Of a stretch of DNA of 18,261 bases, positions 16,833 to 18,261 are shown in pieces. The position numbers and the translations under genes are program-made. The stretch comes from a bacterium (GTDB taxonomy: Bacteria; Oederibacteriota; PGYV01; Palsa-1178): positions 1-18,261 of the forward strand of contig JBAXIL010000037.1 of NCBI GenBank assembly GCA_037138355.1. Reading direction: 5' to 3'. The notes under the pieces were generated by a model that was given only the letters and a program-made list of their open reading frames with translations, was not told the DNA's origin and ran no database searches. The stretch's first letter is position 1, and each line of letters opens with the position of its first letter.

Positions 16833-18131
16833 TTAATCAACCACCCTATACACAACCGTCTTCTGCTTTACATATTCCATAGCATCAATCTTTTTTAGGG
16901 CTTTTTTCAAGTCCGCTTCTTTGGCACCGTAAGTCATAATAACCACAGGAACCTTAGAGTGCGTATCTTGTACTTTTTGTATAACTGATTCTATTGAAAT
17001 ATTGTTTTTACCAAGTATCCCTGTGACATTTGCGAGAACACCTGGTTTATCCACAACATTAAATCTAAGATAATATTTTGAAACAGAGGTTCCTGACTTC
17101 TGAATTGTAATTGGCTTAGTTTTTTCCTGTTTGAAATCTTCTTTTCTTACCATACCATGGGATATATTTCTCGCTATGTAAATTACATCCGATAATACCG
17201 CAGAAGCCGTCGGCATCTCGCCTGCTCCTCTTCCATAAAAAAGTGTTTCTCCAACAGCATCACCCTTAAGGTATATAGCATTAAACTCATAATTAACTGA
17301 AGCCAATAAATGTTTTTTATTTATCAAAACAGGATGTACTCTTATGTCAGCCTGATTATCATCTTTTTCTGCCACAGCAAGGAGCTTCATAACATAACCG
17401 AACTCATCAGCATACTGTATGTCAGTATAATCAATTCCTTTAATGCCTTCCACGGATACATCCGACTCTTTAACTCTGGTTCCAAAAGCCATAGAAGAGA
17501 GTATTACTATTTTATGCATTGTATCAAAGCCCTCTATATCCAGAGTAGGATCCGCTTCAGCAAAGCCTTTTGCTTGCGCTTCTTTTAAAGCAACATCAAA
17601 TGACATTTTTTCTAAGGTCATTTTTGTCAGAATATAATTACAAGTGCCGTTCAGTATAGCCATTATTTTTTCTATTTTATTTGCAGCCAATCCTTTATCC
17701 ATGCTTCTAAGTATAGGAATACCACCACCTACTGATGCCTCTGCCATAACTTCAACTTTATTTACTGAAGCCGCAACTGCTATCTCATCCCAATATTTAG
17801 AGAGAAGTGCTTTATTCGCTGTGACTACATGTTTTCCAGAATTAAGAGCCTTTAAAACAAAATCAAGTGCAGGTTTATAACCGCCGATTAGTTCTATAAT
17901 AATATCTATTTCAGGATCATTTAAAAGGTCATTTACATTATTTGTCAGTATATCTTTTGGTAATTTTATACCTCTATCTGTTTTAATATCCATATCGCAA
18001 ATTTTCTTTAGTTCCACTTTTATACCTGATTTTTTGTTAATTGTTGAAGCAGAGTTCAAAAATAATTTAGCCACACCTCTGCCGATAGTTCCAAAACCAA
18101 TTAAACCAACTTTGATAACATTTTTTTGCAT
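16833..18131 (-). CDS. hom: Homoserine dehydrogenase with a C-terminal ACT domain
   Basis: Rossmann motif GLIGFGTIG, then HVVTANK, EASVGGGIP, ILNGTCNYIL, GFAEADPTLD, GRGAG and ACT motif DKPGVLA. Confidence 0.98.
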   Translation of the reverse strand: MQKNVIKVGLIGFGTIGRGVAKLFLNSASTINKKSGIKVELKKICDMDIKTDRGIKLPKDILTNNVNDLLNDPEIDIIIELIGGYKPALDFVLKALNSGKHVVTANKALLSKYWDEIAVAASVNKVEVMAEASVGGGIPILRSMDKGLAANKIEKIMAILNGTCNYILTKMTLEKMSFDVALKEAQAKGFAEADPTLDIEGFDTMHKIVILSSMAFGTRVKESDVSVEGIKGIDYTDIQYADEFGYVMKLLAVAEKDDNQADIRVHPVLINKKHLLASVNYEFNAIYLKGDAVGETLFYGRGAGEMPTASAVLSDVIYIARNISHGMVRKEDFKQEKTKPITIQKSGTSVSKYYLRFNVVDKPGVLANVTGILGKNNISIESVIQKVQDTHSKVPVVIMTYGAKEADLKKALKKIDAMEYVKQKTVVYRVVD

Positions 18132-18261
18132 AGCAACCTCTCACTTTTGTTTAAATATACAAGTTTAGACATACAAATATATCTAACCTATTGAAAAAAG
18201 CCACAAACAGACTTTTTTCCTTTTAATAAAGGTATTTAATTATATATTTGAGTGAATAAAA

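Noticed and set aside
18132..18261. Threonine attenuator or leader peptide upstream of hom
   Set aside because: No Thr/Ile-rich leader ORF, T-box motif or terminator is visible, only weak AT-rich inverted repeats. The region is also cut by the window edge.

Overview
AT-rich bacterial chromosomal window made mostly of housekeeping genes. At the left edge is the 5' end of a minus-strand sugar ABC ATPase gene, divergent from a class A penicillin-binding protein (+). Everything else is on the minus strand: a 12-gene run (hom, thrC, secreted TPR protein, ApgM-like mutase or proposed homoserine kinase, lysC, a 62-aa membrane peptide, cimA, a DUF362 Fe-S protein, murI, queD, rph, rdgB), then a separately promoted pair of envelope proteins (a FlgT-C-like protein with ~12 copies of an 11-aa Pro-rich repeat and a membrane-anchored TPR protein) ending in an intrinsic terminator, then radC. 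The unexplained structure is non-coding. (i) Three related 105-176 bp elements built from inverted 7-bp repeats (AAACTYY) with conserved CAGATA(A/C)GAGCAG ends fill junctions of the long gene run. (ii) A fourth junction holds an element of the same architecture built from unrelated 9-bp units. (iii) A tandem pair of ~110-bp two-hairpin units with a compensatory base change lies upstream of radC. I saw no rRNA, tRNA, CRISPR array, transposase or integrase. All assignments come from motif recognition by eye; no database searches were run.
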